Below are positions 35,540 to 49,129 of a stretch of 64,000 nt of DNA, in pieces. The translations under genes and the position numbers were made by a program. Under the pieces are notes generated by a model, which was given only the letters and a program-made list of their open reading frames with translations, ran no database searches and was not told the origin of the DNA. Source of the DNA: Isurus oxyrinchus (Eukaryota). The first letter of the stretch is position 1, and every line of letters begins with the position of its first letter. The stretch is taken from assembly GCA_026770705.1 (NCBI GenBank), contig JANJGN010000035.1, forward strand, positions 13,330,001-13,394,000, given 5' to 3'.

Positions 35540-37475
35540 GGATAACACTTCAGCTGAAATAAAAGGTGCGCAACATGTTCACATTTCAAAAATAATAACA
35601 CTACAAAGCTAAACTGTGTGCATCTAAACACACGTAACATTGAAACAAAGCAGATAAATTGATAACACAAATGGAAATAGATGCGTAGGATCTGAGAGCC
35701 ATTAGAGTGACATAGCTGCTGCATGATACAGATTGAGACCTGATTATTGAAGGATACGTGACGTTTAGGAAAGACAAGAAGTTAAGAAATGTTGGATTTG
35801 TGGCTCTCTTAATCAATGATGGTATTACCACATTACAGACGGATGACCTAATTTCAGGAAGCCAGGATGTAGAAACGGTTGGGTTGAGATGAGGAATGAT
35901 AAAGGCATACTGTCACATGTCGAAGTGAAGTACAGAATCTCTAACTATAACTACTCAGCAGGACAGATTACAACAAAGCGATAATGGGAGCTTGCCAGTA
36001 AGATATAGCAATGCAGAGTTTTAATCTACATTTAGACTGGCAAAATCAGATGGGGAAAGGTAGTGTAAATGAAAGTTCATAGAATGCTTTTCGGAAAGTG
36101 TCTTAGAACAGCACTTACTGGAGCCAACCAGAGAGCAATCTGTAATAGTCCTGGTAGTGAGCAAGGAGATATGATTAAACGATAACCTCATAGTGAAGGG
36201 ACCTCTAGTATAGTATAGATCATAATATTACTTTTATTTTGACGGAGAGAGGAGTGCCTCCAAACCAAGCTTTTTAAACTTAACCAAGGGCAATTATGAC
36301 GGCAAGAACGTGGAGCTAGCCAAAGTGAGCTGGCAAATCAAGTTAAAGTTTAGGTCAATGGAGATTCAGTGGCACAGAAACAGAGAAAAGTAGAACATAG
36401 AAACATGAGTGGGTATTGATATGGCACGTCCAGCTCAGCTTCTGATCAACAATCATCCCCAGGATGTTCTTTTGAGGGACTCAGAGTTGGTAATGCATTT
36501 AAATTTGTAGGGTTTATGGTTAGATTCTCTCTCTTTGGGTATGATCATTGACTGGCATTTGGATGCCGAGAACGATGCTTGCGACTTGTCACCTTAGGCC
36601 TGGGTATTCCACAGTTCTGCTACATTTGGACAATGACATGAGCAAACACAATTATGAAAGCATTGAAGCAGAGTTTCGTAAAGTGGAACGCTAAATAACC
36701 TGAAAGGATAACTCAAAAGAGATGTTCTGGCCGACAATAAATCGATGTTCCAGAATATGCAGAATAGATACGTTGCAACGAGATTCAAAGGCTCCAATGG
36801 GAGGACCCACCATCCGTGCTCAACTCAAAAGTTGAAAATAGTATCAAAAATTAAATAAAAAAGCATATAACTGTGGAAGTGTAGGTGGAAAGTGATGCAA
36901 ATTCTCAGCATTCAGAAAACACTGGACAATGACTACAGATTATTAAGAAACGAAAAAAAATGGTGTATCAGTGATAGCTGGCTAGAAGCATCTTGACAGG
37001 TAGGTAGAGTTTCTTTAAATGCATTAAAAAGAAAAGAGCCAGAAGGGAAGGAGACAGAAAGCAAGACACCAAATGCTGGTTAGCTTGCCACCAGTCATTG
37101 GGAAAATCTTTGTATGTATTATTAAAGACGTTAAACATTTATTCAAGGTAATCATGCAGAGTCAACGTGGCTTTATGAGAGAGAAATCATCTTCAACCAA
37201 TTCAGTTGAAGAAATAAGATGGCTCTGGATAAAGGGCAACCAATGGATGTACCGTTCATTTATTTCCAGAAGCCATTTGATAAGGTGCCACATCAAAGTT
37301 TATCGAGGAAAGCAGAAGCTTATGGTGGAGGGTGTAACATACTGGAAAGAACAGAATATTGAGTAGTTAACCATAAACGGATATAAGGTATACATTGCTC
37401 ATCTTCTGATCCACAAGACTTGTGCGCCATAGGTTTCAGTGTTGGGCCTCAACAACTCACACATTATATCAATGC
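35540..37475 (+). mobile_element. CR1 ORF2 endonuclease-to-RT fragment (paralog of 4240-6145)
   Basis: ORF 37073-37366 has SQRGFMREKSSSTN; the same antisense LINE insert is present at about 36410-36640. Confidence 0.8.
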
Positions 37476-38560
37476 AGTTGAGGTGAAGAGCATTTGACTG
37501 AGTGTGACATGAAGGAGCACTGGCAGCACAGGAGTCAATTAGAATATGGATGAAAACTGTCTGAAGTTTAGAGCCATAGCTAGCACAACCGAAAATGGTT
37601 CCAGTGGTTGGATGTCGATCTTCTCATTTCCCGGGTATCACTGCAGGATTTCCACAGTGTAATGTCGTAGGGCCAACCATCTTCAGCTGCTTCATCAATG
37701 GCCTTCCTTCCTCATTAACTCAGAAGCGGGGATGCGCGCTGTTGGTTGCACAAAGTCCACCTCCATTCACGAGACACCAGGTGCTGAAACAATCCATGCC
37801 CAAATGCAGCTCCACGTGGAATATATCCACGCTTGCCCTGACAAGTTGCAAGACATTTTCTAACACACAACCGCAAGGCATTGGCCATCTCCAACAAGAC
37901 ATTGACATCTCTGAATCACCCACTATTTGCATCCTGCCCTCTACCATTGACAAAAAACGTAACTGGGCGAGCCATAACAACACTCTGGCTGCAACAGCCG
38001 GCCAGAGGCCGGAATCCTGTGGCCAGGAACTCACCTCCAGACTGTCCAAAGCCAGTGTCTTATCTGCAAGGCATAGTTCAGGATTGCTGTGGAAAACTCG
38101 CCATTTGCCTGGTCACTCAAGAAGCTGACATCATCCAGGAAAAAGCCCCCAGTCTGCAAACGTTCACTCCCTGCACTACGTATCCACATTGGCAGCTGTG
38201 CCATCTAAAAAATGCACAGCAGCAACTCACCAAGACTCCTAATTGTGCAACATTCAAACCCAGCGCAGCTAACATCCACAAGAACAAGTGCAGCAGACAC
38301 ATGGAAACACGGCTGCCTAGATATTCCTCTCTAAGCCGCTCACCATCCTGACTTGGAACTATATCACCATTCCGTCATGGTCCCGGGCCAAAATCCAAGA
38401 AGTCCATCGCTGAACACACTGCTGGTGCACCTACACAGCATGGGCTGCAGCGGTTCAAGGAGGCAGCTCACCAACATCCTTAAATGTCATTTAGGGGTCG
38501 GAAATAAATGCTGACCCAGGCAGTGGAACAATATCCCATGAATCAATATGGAAAATAAAA
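37475..38560 (+). mobile_element. Second-family LINE 3' part (paralog of 6145-7286)
   Basis: ORF 37595-38128 has ITAGFPQCNVVGPTIFSCFINGLPS; tail aataaatgctgacccaggc...atcccatgaatc. Confidence 0.8.
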
Positions 38561-39490
38561 ACATTGGTCGAGGTGGCTGAAGGTATGGTTGCTAAATTTA
38601 TTGAAGACACAACGATAGGTAGGAAAATAATCTGTGAGGATGACATAAGGAGGCTGCAAAGTGATATATTTAGTGTAGGCGAGTAAGCAAGGATCTGGCA
38701 AATGGATTGATTGTAATTGGCAAAAAAAGAGACAGTCTCCATTTTGACAAGAAAATTAAAAGAGGCCCGTTATCTAAATGACGATGGGTTGCAGAGCACT
38801 GATACCTTAGAGCATGAAGTGCAAAAAGTTACTTTGCTTGTACAGGGAGTCATGAGGAAACCAAATCGATTGTAATCATGTGAAGAGAACTCATTACAAA
38901 AGTAATGATGTTCTGCGTAAATTATACAGGGAATTGATGAAACCGCATCTGGAGTACCCAGGTAAAACATTGCCCTCCTTGCGAGATGTCATGGTGCTAG
39001 AAGCAGTCGTGAGAAGGTTTAGTGTGCTGATACCCGGGATTCCCGTATTATCTTCTGTGGAAAGTTTGCACAAGCTCGGCTTCTGTCTGCTAGAATTTAG
39101 AAGAGAGACGGTTGACATGATTGAAGCATACAGGTTCCTGACTGGTCTTGGCTGGATGGATGCGGAATGGATCTTTCGCCTTGTGAGAGAATCTAGAACG
39201 AAGAGTCGCTGTATAAATGTCAGAGGTCTTCCATTGAGGGCGGAGATGATGAGATTTTATTTTTGCTCTCAGAGGGCAGTGGGCATTTGGAATTCTCTGC
39301 CTCAAAAGGCAGAAGAAGCAGAGTGTTTAAGCATTTTTAAGGCCGAGGTGGAGACACTTGTGATAAGCGTGGGGGCGAAAGTTTTTTTTGGGGTTAGGTG
39401 GGGATGTAGAGTTGTGTTTGCAGTCAACTGAACTTATTTAATACCGGAGCGGCTGGAGAGGCCGAATGGCCTTCCCCTGCCCCGAATCCA
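38560..39490 (+). mobile_element. CR1 RT C-terminus and 3' end (paralog of 7290-8210)
   Basis: ORF 38880-39431 has LYRELMKPHLEY, LEFRRE and SQRAVGIWNSLPQKA. Confidence 0.85.
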
Positions 39491-40409
39491 TCTGCTCAGA
39501 AACTTGGGAAACAGTAGTGCTTAGATGACACTGCACTGTGAAAAAAAAATAGTTGTTGCGAATAAGCCAACATGTGAAACGAGGCCAAGTGGAGACAGTC
39601 GGTCGGCCTGTGAAGGAAATGTTCTTTTCGGAATATGCACATTATTTGCTAGTTTCACTTGCTTCTACCATGTTTGGGAATTGTGCTGTACATTCCTCTT
39701 CTTGTGAAACCTCCTTCCTGGCTATATTCTTGATTGGTCTGCAATTAGAAGGTCAATGAATGTAGATCAATCTGCTGATGAATTTCGAGAGCCAGGTTGG
39801 AAATAAGCCAGGGGAAATGGGAGGGTAAACATGGCCGAATCTTAATAATACTCCGAGAAACACTGGGCTCAGAGGAGGAACTCGAATGCCGGATGCTTAC
39901 AAAGTCAGAAGTTTCCGCTTTGACAAAAACCATTATGGAAAAGCTGGCTTTTGGCTGTCCGCAGTGCCGCTTTCTGGCCGCTTGGTGACAGTGTTGAGCA
40001 GCAGCATTTCAACGCAAAACCTGATCGAGGAATAGATCTGTAGTTTTATTCAAATATATTTTCCGTTTACTGTTTTTTTCCGCAAAATCCAGTTTGACTG
40101 GAAGAAACCGCGAGCTCAGGCACACTAAAATAGTTTTCCCCCAGGGCTGAGGACAGGCATTTAGAACTGACCACCTTGCGGTCCGTGAGTTCACCAAGCT
40201 TGTTGCACATTCAAATAACTTACATTTGAAAACTGCTGTAAAAGTGTCGACCAGTCAAAAATTGATTTTACCTGCAAAGGAGAAACAAGCCTGTGATCAG
40301 AAATCAGCGGGGCATTAGGTATTCAAGTTAAGTTCCAGGGCCAGGGACCTGATAGCGAAGGAGACTGCGCCCCAGAGCTAGAGCGAAGGGGCAGCGGGCC
40401 CTCTGAAAA

Positions 40410-40775
40410 TCATTATTTTATAGGTTCTGGATGTCACTGGAAAGGCCAGTATTTCTTGCCCCTCCATAATTAACCTTAAACTGAGCGGTTTCCCATTTCG
40501 GAGGGCATTTAAGTCTCAGCCACACTGCTATGGGTTTGAAGTCCCATATTCACAAGACCAGGTGAGGATAGTAGGTTTGCTGCTTGAAAGGCAAATAGAG
40601 AACCACATGAGTTATTACAACAATCAAGTCTGACTTTTAAATTCCAACTTATAAATTGAAATTAAAAGCTACTACATGCCTTGGTGAGATTTAAGACCTG
40701 GCCCCAGGATATTATTCTGCGCCGCAGTTTATTAGTTCAGAGAGAAGCCACTATTCCACCGTTAACGTCTCTCAC
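40410..40775 (-). mobile_element. tRNA-derived Deu-domain-like SINE (paralog of 9460-9824)
   Basis: Same core; the minus-strand head reads ggtggaatagtgg...ctgaactaataa. Confidence 0.7.
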
Positions 40776-41234
40776 TGCCTCGGAGCAAGGTTGAGACCGT
40801 GCCTCGAAACCTAGGTGGCTGGGAGAGCAGGCCTCTGAGCTAGGGAGAGCGCAAGCCTCACAGCAAGGGGTAAACAGGCTTAAGAGCGAGGGCCGGGTGG
40901 GGGGTGGGGGGGGGTGGTGTACGTGAGAGGATCTCGGAGCGACAGCACGAGCGCACCTTAGAGTGATGGGGAGACAGAGCCTCGGAGCTTTGAGGTGAAC
41001 GGGGACTGGAACAAGGTGGAAGAGCAGAAAACGGAGCGAGGGGGTGAGCCGGCCTCAGCGCCAGGAGCAGAGTGGTTCATGGAGCAGGGGGTAGACCCGC
41101 CGTCGTACTGAGGGTGTTAGAAGCTGCCAGAGTGACAGGGAGATCGGTTCCTCCGATATGGTGAAATTCGCCGGCCACACCAAACAGGTGCAAGGCGATA
41201 ATCTGCGGTGAGTCCTTCAGAAATTCATTGACAA

Positions 41235-41335
41235 TAAAAGAAAGAGAACATGCTGCAAAAACTCAGCATGTCTGCCAGCATCTGTGGAGAGAGAAATCGA
41301 GTTAGTGTGGTGGGTCGTATGACCCTTCTGCAGGT
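41235..41335 (-). mobile_element. Penelope-like terminus with a decayed hammerhead (paralog of 10260-10340)
   Basis: The minus strand reads CTGCAGA A GGGTC ATAC GACCC...ctctccacagatgctggcagacatgctgagttttt. Confidence 0.65.
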
Positions 41336-41869
41336 CCTTCTTCAAATGTCCATTGAATTCGGAACAATGTAAAAACAACACGGATAAAATTTCCTCTCCA
41401 TGTATGTGAGAGCAAAAGTATCAAGACAATTGAAAATATTGCATTCAAATTTTATCGTCTGATATGGGCACGGCGGGCTCAGTTGTTTAATCAAAATGCG
41501 CCTTGATGCTAAATCATATTCATGCCTTTAAAAATGTATGGATTACATTGAAACCTGGTTATTCCATGCTCATTAATTACACTGGCCTCCTCGTGTGTGA
41601 TAGAATTTCCAAAGCTAAACAAACTTGTTTTTTACGTTTCATGGTCGCTGGCCTCTCACCCATGAAGGGAAGCGAAAGGAAGGCAGTGGGTCTGTTTGTG
41701 CTGCAAATGTTCGGACGAATAACAGCCAACCTTGAGCTTTAGCAATTCCTAAACCACTGACTGAGGAATAACACGATATGAATAAAAGCTCTCTACTTCT
41801 CTTAATCGAACGAACAGAAAGGCTGAATACTGAGCTCTCAATACAAGTCAGAGGGCAGGGGAGGTGGAC

Positions 41870-42348
41870 TGGTCACATGTGGGAGCTGTGTTCAGGACCG
41901 TAATTTTAAATACAAAGAGTACCGAGTATAAACCAAGCGATGAAGGGAGTTTGCCAGAAAGCTACAGCACGAAGGATGGGGATTTTAATCGGTATATAGA
42001 CTGGAAAATCCAGATGGGTAAAAGGGAGCTTAGAAAATGGCTGATAGAATGTTTTTGGGAACGTTTCTTAGAACAGATCATTCTGGAGTCACCCGCAGAG
42101 GAGGATTTACTAAAGCTGGTATTGGGCAACGAGCTGAATTTAATTGATAACTTCTTGGTGAAGCGATCCTTAGGTAGCAACGATCACATTATAACTGAAT
42201 TTTCCATTCATTTTGAGGGAGAAACGAATGTGCCCATAGCTGGTGTTTTAAAGTTTCCTGAGGGCAATTATGAGGTCATCAGATTGGAGCTAGCTAAATT
42301 CAGCTGAAAGGTGAGGTTAGAGACCTGGTCAAGGGAGGTTTAGTGGCA
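41870..42348 (+). mobile_element. CR1 endonuclease-region fragment
   Basis: ORF 41864-42307 has GDFNRYIDW, FLEQIILESP, LVLGNE and LGSNDH. Confidence 0.85.
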
Positions 42349-43270
42349 TATACACATACAAAAGAGGAACAGGAGATGGAAATTTGGACCATCGACCCTG
42401 CTCCGTCATTCAAATGGGATCATGGTTGATCCCCTTTCCCAAATCTTTGGCAGCTTTAGAGTTCAGGAATCAACTTATTTCCTTGTAAATTATATGCAGT
42501 GACTTAGACTCCAATGCCTTCTGTGGAAGAAAATTCCAACAGTAAACGAGGCCCTGCATGCGGGAGTCTCTCCTCAGCCATCACTAAATGCCCTACCCAG
42601 TATCTTGAGACTGTGACTCCTTTTTGCAGACACCCAAGCTAGAGGAAATATGACCCCTACTGCTAATCTGTCCCTCTCTGTTAGAATTGTATACAATTCA
42701 ATGATATATCCTCTCATTCTTCTAAACTGCAGTGAATACAGGCATGGTCGGACCAATCCTTCCTCATGCGACAAACCTGTCATCCCCGAGATCAGTCCGG
42801 TGAAACTTGGCTGTGCTCAATTGCTCCAGGCGTGGTCTCGCTAATACCATGTATAGCTGCAGTAAGATATTCATGCTCCTGTACTCATGTCCCCTTGTAA
42901 TAATGGCCAACATACCATTTCGCTTCATAACTGCTGGCTGTACCTGCATGCTTGTTTCCAGTCATTGGTATACAAGGGCACCCAGGTTCCTTTGTAGGTA
43001 AACATTTCCCAATTTCCCAACCATCACAATTTAAATAATGATGTGTCAACCTGTTTTTTCCTGCCCATTTTGAGAATTTTACACTTATTAACTTTGAACT
43101 TCATCTGGCATGCATTTGCTAAATCAATCAAACTATTCCATTCACCTTGAAATATCTTATGGCCAATCGCATTTAACACATTCCCATCAAATTTTGTGCC
43201 GTCAGCAAACTTGGAAATATAACATTTTGTTCTGTCGTAGAATTCATTAATATGTATTGTAAACAGCAAA
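42349..43270 (-). mobile_element. CR1 3' portion, antisense (paralog of 15461-16405)
   Basis: ORFs with ISKFADGTK, CQMKFKVNKCK and LYSLQFRRMRG. Confidence 0.85.
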
Positions 43271-43845
43271 GAACGACAAAACATGAATAAGGAGATAAAA
43301 AGAATAGAGCAAGAGAAAGTTATCTCATTATGTAAAGCCGGCTAATAAACATTTCTATAGACACTTAAATCAGAAACGAATTAACAATTAAAAATTAGTC
43401 TTACAGGAATTCTTTCTCGTAATTTGATAATGTAAAGTAAGGAAATGGTGGACGAATTAAAGAGGTATTTTGCTTCGGTTTTCACTATAGAGGATACAGT
43501 CAAAATTCCAGAAATAGCTGTAAATAAGGAAATGGAAGGTAGGGAAGAACTTGGGAAAATTACAAATGCCAGGGATTTGGTATTAAGCAAATTGTTGCGG
43601 TTGTGGGCTGACAAATCTACAGGTCCGGAAGGATGTTGCTGGAGATATACTTGATGCATTAGTTTTATTTTTTTCAAAATTCCATAGATTCCGAGGTGGT
43701 GCCATAAAATTGAAAAATAACAAATGTAAATCATTTTTTTTCAAAAAGGGAGGAAGACAGAAAGCTGGAATCTAAAGGTCAGTTAGCCTAACATTTGTTT
43801 TAGGGGAAATGTTAGAAGTTATTATTAGAGATGTTATAGCCCAAA
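43270..43845 (+). mobile_element. CR1 ORF2 linker fragment (paralog of 16410-16950)
   Basis: ORF 43445-43654 reads MVDELKRYFASVFTIED...ADKSTGPEG. Confidence 0.85.
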
Positions 43846-44547
43846 ACTCCCTACTACTTTGCCATGGGTGATTGCAGATGGACAACAAATCCTGCGCCCT
43901 TTCCAGCAATACCAACTCCCATAACTGAATAAAAACATGTGCTCTGCTTCCCAGAACAGGGCAACACTCTGATCGCTGGGACCAGTCTAGAGATCCTTCG
44001 TTGTACCGCCTCCAATGCAATTTTCTGTAATTATAGAGGTGAAACACACAGGAGGTCCCAGGGGTAATCTCAATAAAGCACCGTAAAATTGTAGCAAGAC
44101 CACTTTTTTCGTCTACTCCATTCCCTCGCATTAAACATTCTACTTGGCTTGCAAATTGCTTGCTGCAACTGCGAGCTTAATTTCGTTATTCCTTATATTT
44201 GAGCGCCCAAGTTCCTCTGAGCATCAACAACACAAGTTTCACGACTTTCAAAAACATTCTGTCTTTTTATAATTGCGATAAAAGGGTATAACTTCACGTT
44301 TCGAAACATTACACCCCAAGCAACACTCCCTGCCCTTCGAGACTCTATAGGGCTTGTGAGCCTTCTGTGTGGCGACTTATCGAATGCAATAAGGAAAACC
44401 AAGTATACCACATTTATTGGTTCCCCTTTATCAATACTATTATTTACAGCCTAAAAAGTAATAATGAATTGTCATACAAGATTTTGTTTTCGCAAAACTA
44501 TGTTAACTTTCACTGATGGAACTTTTCCAAGAGTTTTGTTAAGACTT
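43845..44547 (-). mobile_element. Old antisense CR1 fragment (paralog of 16950-17650)
   Basis: ORF 44193-44411 (-) starts VYLVFLIAFDKSPHRRL. Confidence 0.7.
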
Positions 44548-45989
44548 CAGAATCACAGAATCACAGTGCTGAAGAGGTCCTGCGGCCCACTGTGTCTGCA
44601 CTGACACGTGAGAAACACCGGACCTATGTACTTAATCCCATTTACCAGCAGCTGGCCCACAGCCTAGAATGTTACAACGTGCCAAGTGCTCATCCAGGCA
44701 CTTTTAAAATATGTGAGGCAAACCGCCTCCAACAACATCCTAGGCAGTGCCTTCCAGACTGTCACCACGCTCAGGGTAAAAAAGCTTTTCCTCACATTCC
44801 ACCTAAACCTCCTGCTGCTCACATTGAAAATAGGACACCTCATGACTGACCTTTCAACTAAGGCGATCAGCTGGCACATTTCCATCTTGTTCATGCCCCT
44901 CATAATCTTGTTACACAGCGATCAGGTCAGTTCTCCATCTTCTCTGCTCCAACGAAAACAATACAAGTCTATCTAATTTCTCTTCTTAACTGAAATTTTT
45001 CATCCCCAGCAACATCCTGGCGAATCTCCTTTGTATCCCCTCCAGTGCAATCACATCCACTCTATAATGTGGCGACCAGAACTGCACACTTTACTCCAGC
45101 AAGATTCTACACAGCTCGAAAATGACCTCACTAGATTTAGAATCTATACCTCGATTGAGGAAGGCAAGTGTCCCATTAGCCTTTATCAGCACCGCACTAA
45201 CGTCCCCGTCCGTCTTCAGAGATCTCTGGACACATACGCCAAGGACATTGGGTTCCTCAGAACTTCCTAGCGCCATGCCATTCATTGAATACCTCCTTGT
45301 CCAATTACTTCTTAAAAAGTGTATCACCTCACACTTTTCAGCGTTGAATTCCATCTGCAAAGTATCTGTCCATTTGACTTTCCCGTCTATATCTTCATGT
45401 AGCCCAAGACACTCAACCTCACTATTAACCACCCGGTCAATCTTTGTGTACGCCACAAACTTACTAATGCTATCCCCCACATAGTCATCTATGTCTTTTA
45501 TATAAATGACAAATAATGGGGGACCCAGCAATGCTCCCTATCTTACGCTACTGGACACTGGCTTCAAGTTATTAAGCATCCTTCTGTCATCAGCCTCTGC
45601 CTCTAAAACTAAACCAATTTTGAATCCACCTTATCATATTACCCTGTATCCCAAGTGCATCTTCCTTCTTTATTAGACTCCCATGTGGGACCTTGTCAAA
45701 GGCTTTGCTAAAATCCATATAAACCTAAATAAACTGCACTACCGTCATCTACAAACCTGGTCATCTCCTCACAAAATGCAATCATATTTGTTAGTCATGA
45801 CCTCCCTCTGACGAAACCATGATGATTATCCCTGTACAAACCTTGCCTCTCCAAATGAGATTGTTATCCTCCTTCTGAATTTTCTCCAATAGTTACCATA
45901 ACACTGACGTGAGAATCACTGGCCTGTAGTTCCCTACCTTTTCTCCACAGCCTTTCTTAAAAAGCGGAAGCACATTAGATGTTCACCAG
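44548..45989 (-). mobile_element. Younger CR1 insertion (RT plus 3' end), absent from the paralogous site near 17650
   Basis: ORF 45091-45531 (-) reads LGPPLFVIYIKDID...ISKFVAYTKI...QMEFNAEKCEVIHF; cagaatcacagaatcacag microsatellite tail at the left end. Confidence 0.9.
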
Positions 45990-46009
45990 TTAACAATATG
46001 TGACAATAT

Positions 46010-46790
46010 ATTATAGCTGCTTCCCTAATTGATATGAGACTAACTGCCCTGCAACTCCACTCTTTCCTCTCTCCTTCCTTTCTATGAAAGTGGTGTTGGG
46101 TTAGTTAGCTTCCAATCCGTGAGACCTCTATTGTGATATAAGGAATAAAGGAAACTTATTCCCAGGACAGCACTTTCATTGCAGATATAATGCTTGGGTT
46201 TTTACGATTGAAATCCCTTCAGTTTCTCTCCTACATTCTCTTGTTACCTGCTGATATTAACCTCCTCAACTTCCTAACTCTTACTGGCCCCTCGGTTAAT
46301 TGTCATTTCTGGCAAGTAACTTGTGTTTCCAAACATGAGGGCAGACATGAAATCTGCCTTTCATTTCCCTGCCATGCACTCTTTCCCGATAATATTTTAT
46401 TCTTTCTCTTCCTGTATGGGACCACCGTTTCTTTCTGCTGTTCGCCTCCTTCTTTTTGCTTTATTTATAAAACCTCGTTATACCTGTTTTATATTACAGC
46501 CTTGTTTAGCCACACTTACTATTTACCCTTTTGTCAATTTTTTCTTTTCATTTTCATGGTTTCTTAAATATCCCTAATCGTCAGACAAGCTGCTGTTTTT
46601 TGAACATAATATAAGCCCCTTCCTTTAACCCAATAATATCCTTAATCCTTATCGTAAACCACTGGTAGATTTTTATTGGTGAGTTTGTATTTTATTTCAC
46701 TGAAGCATGCTCTTGTTGAGTATTTGGAATTGTGCATGTAAATGTATCCCATTGGTTATTTACCCCCTTGCCTATTTACCCAATCACAAT
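46010..46790 (-). mobile_element. Old antisense CR1 fragment (paralog of 17655-18400)
   Basis: Colinear similarity, e.g. ctcttactggcccct..gtta.ttgtcatttctggcaag in both. Confidence 0.65.
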
Positions 46791-46794
46791 TACG

Positions 46795-47605
46795 AAAATG
46801 TGAGGTTATTCACGTTGGTAGGGGGAATAGAGGAGCTGAATATTATTTAAATGGACAAAGACTGCAGGAAGCTGCAGCACAGACATATTTGGAGGTCCTC
46901 GTACATGAATCCCAAAAGCTAGCACATAGTTTAGCAGGTAACAGGAAAGGCAAATGGAATGTTGGACTTAAATTCAAAGGGAATGGAGTATAAAAACAGG
47001 GAAGTCTTGTTAAAACTATACAAGGCACTAGTTAGACCACACTTAGGATACTGTGAACAGCTTTTGACCCTAAGCTAAGGAAATATGTACTGGCATTGGA
47101 GGCAGTCCAGAGAATATTCAACAGGTTGATCCCTGGTATGGAGAGATTTTCTTATGAGGAGACGTTGAGGAGGTTAGGCCTGTACTCATTGGAGTTTAGA
47201 AGAATGAGACGTGACCATATTGAAACATATAAGATTCTTAGTGGTCTTGATAGGGTAGATTTTGAGCTGTTCTTTCCATTTGTGACAGGCACTACGACCA
47301 GAGGGCATAATCTCAGAGTAAGGAGTCACCATTTAAGACAGTGATGATGAGGAATTTGTTCCCTCAGAGTGTTGATTATCTATGGGACTCATTACTACAG
47401 GAGGCTGTAGAGGCTGTGTCGTTAATTATATTTAAGTCTGAGTTAGTCAGATTTTAGATCAGCAGGGGAATCAAGGGCTATGGGGCAAAAAGGCAGGAAA
47501 ATAGAGTTGACGGTTGTCAGAGCAGCCATATTCTCAATAAATGGTGGAGCAGACTCGATGGACCGAATGGTCTACTTCTGCTCCTATATTATGTGGTCTT
47601 ATGGA
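46795..47605 (+). mobile_element. 5'-truncated CR1 3' portion
   Basis: KCEVIHVGRGN; LIPGMERFSYEETLRRLGLYSLEFRRMRRDHIETYK; tail cctatattatgtggtcttatgg. Confidence 0.9.
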
Positions 47606-47609
47606 GTGT

Positions 47610-48640
47610 CAATCACCATTGGCTGTCTACTCCGCTCCTATTTAAGTTAGATTTGGCTGGAGCTGCCCATTTCTCGCTTGGCCTCCGAACCCAGCCTGCT
47701 AAGTAATGAGGAGCATAGCTGCTCCTGGAGTACTTCAGTATCAGCTTGCAGTGTTGGGGAAATGAAGCCACGTCCCCTTTTTCGTGGCACGAGTTGCCAT
47801 TTTTTAGTAAATGTAAAGGTTCAAAAACCATTTTGACAAACTAGGAGAGAAGTATGTAAGATATGTGAGTGAGAGGGTGGGAGGGGTCAGATACTCAGGG
47901 AGCAGTCGGGTGGTTAGGGGAGTTGGGTGGTCAGTGGGGATTTAGTTATGGGTGAGGGGTGGGAGAGTGCAGTTGAGGTTTGGGGGTAGTCCGGGAGTTT
48001 GGAAGCAAAGGCGCAGAATGGGTTGGGATAATCAAGTGTGCGGGAAAGTAAGCAAAATGATGGAAGAGTATTCAGGCTTGGGGAGCATTCAGTGGGGGAG
48101 GGGGGTTTGGGGAGTAGTCAGAAGATCACGGGGGTAGTTGTGGTTGTGGTGCGGAGTAGTCGAGTATTGGGCCTTATTTGGATGGTTAGCAGGGCAGTCG
48201 GGGTTAGGGGCTACTCCGGGGTTGGCATTGTCATCCAAGGTTGGGGTGGGGTGCAGTCTATGGCGAGGGAGTGGTAGGTCTGGAGGCACAAGAGAGCAGT
48301 CACGTGGTTTGAGGTAGTTGGCAGGGAAAGTTGGGCAGTCGGGACGTGGTGGGATTGTCAGGCGGTCCAGTAATGGTTGGGGGATCAGTAGTATAGCTAC
48401 CAAAGAGTTAGAACTGGTTTTAGTCCTTCTCCTAATAACTGTGCAACTGTTGTGCTAAGTAAGTTCGGACCATCAGAAGTCTCTGGCTTTAAATCAGAGT
48501 TTCAGTGAATTACAGATGCAGGGCAATTGCCCAAAGAAACCTGAATTCCCATGTAATTGATGATCGAGGACTCTGAGGGCTTCCCCAGCACATCTTCTGG
48601 GATTCATACTTCCAGCGAATGGAAGACCTGGGCCAATGAT
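47610..48640. repeat. Unclassified repeat with a long G/T-rich core
   Basis: G-skewed tract at 47870-48400; the right end weakly resembles 35270-35430. Confidence 0.4.
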
Positions 48641-49129
48641 TTCTACACTATGATGTTTCAGCATACTTTTCCGTTAAGTTTTATTGTGTTTCACAAATGT
48701 TTCGAATCCTGTAATCAAGGCAAACATCTGGAGAAAAGTTGGATTTATGTAATGATATGGCTTTTGTGCCCTGACTTCTCTAAGTTTCAAAAGTGTAACT
48801 TCACAGATAACATATTTCGAAAGGTCTCCATAATTGTCGATTGTAGTCTTTCTTAGTGATTATTTACCCTCATTTTTAAATATTAATAATTTAAAATGAA
48901 AACTTTAATATATATTAACTGCTGGATTTAATGATATCTGACAAACAAGTCTTGACAGAGAAACCTTGTTAAAGCACTAGAACAAATATTAAGGGTTGAA
49001 GGTATATAAAAAGCATTGCTTAAACGAACAATTTACATTATAGGTAGTTACAACCATGAAGATGCCACAAGTTTCATCAAAGACAAACTGTTATGCCTGC
49101 TGGTTCCTGTGATGACAGAAACTTTGGCC

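Noticed and set aside
38880-39431. RT-like ORFs (also 45091-45531, 49291-49940, 15566-16153) as an active retroelement or a novel RT system
   Set aside because: All are short, frameshifted CR1 ORF2 pieces; where the catalytic FADD region is visible it is mutated, and no full-length ORF2 exists in the window.
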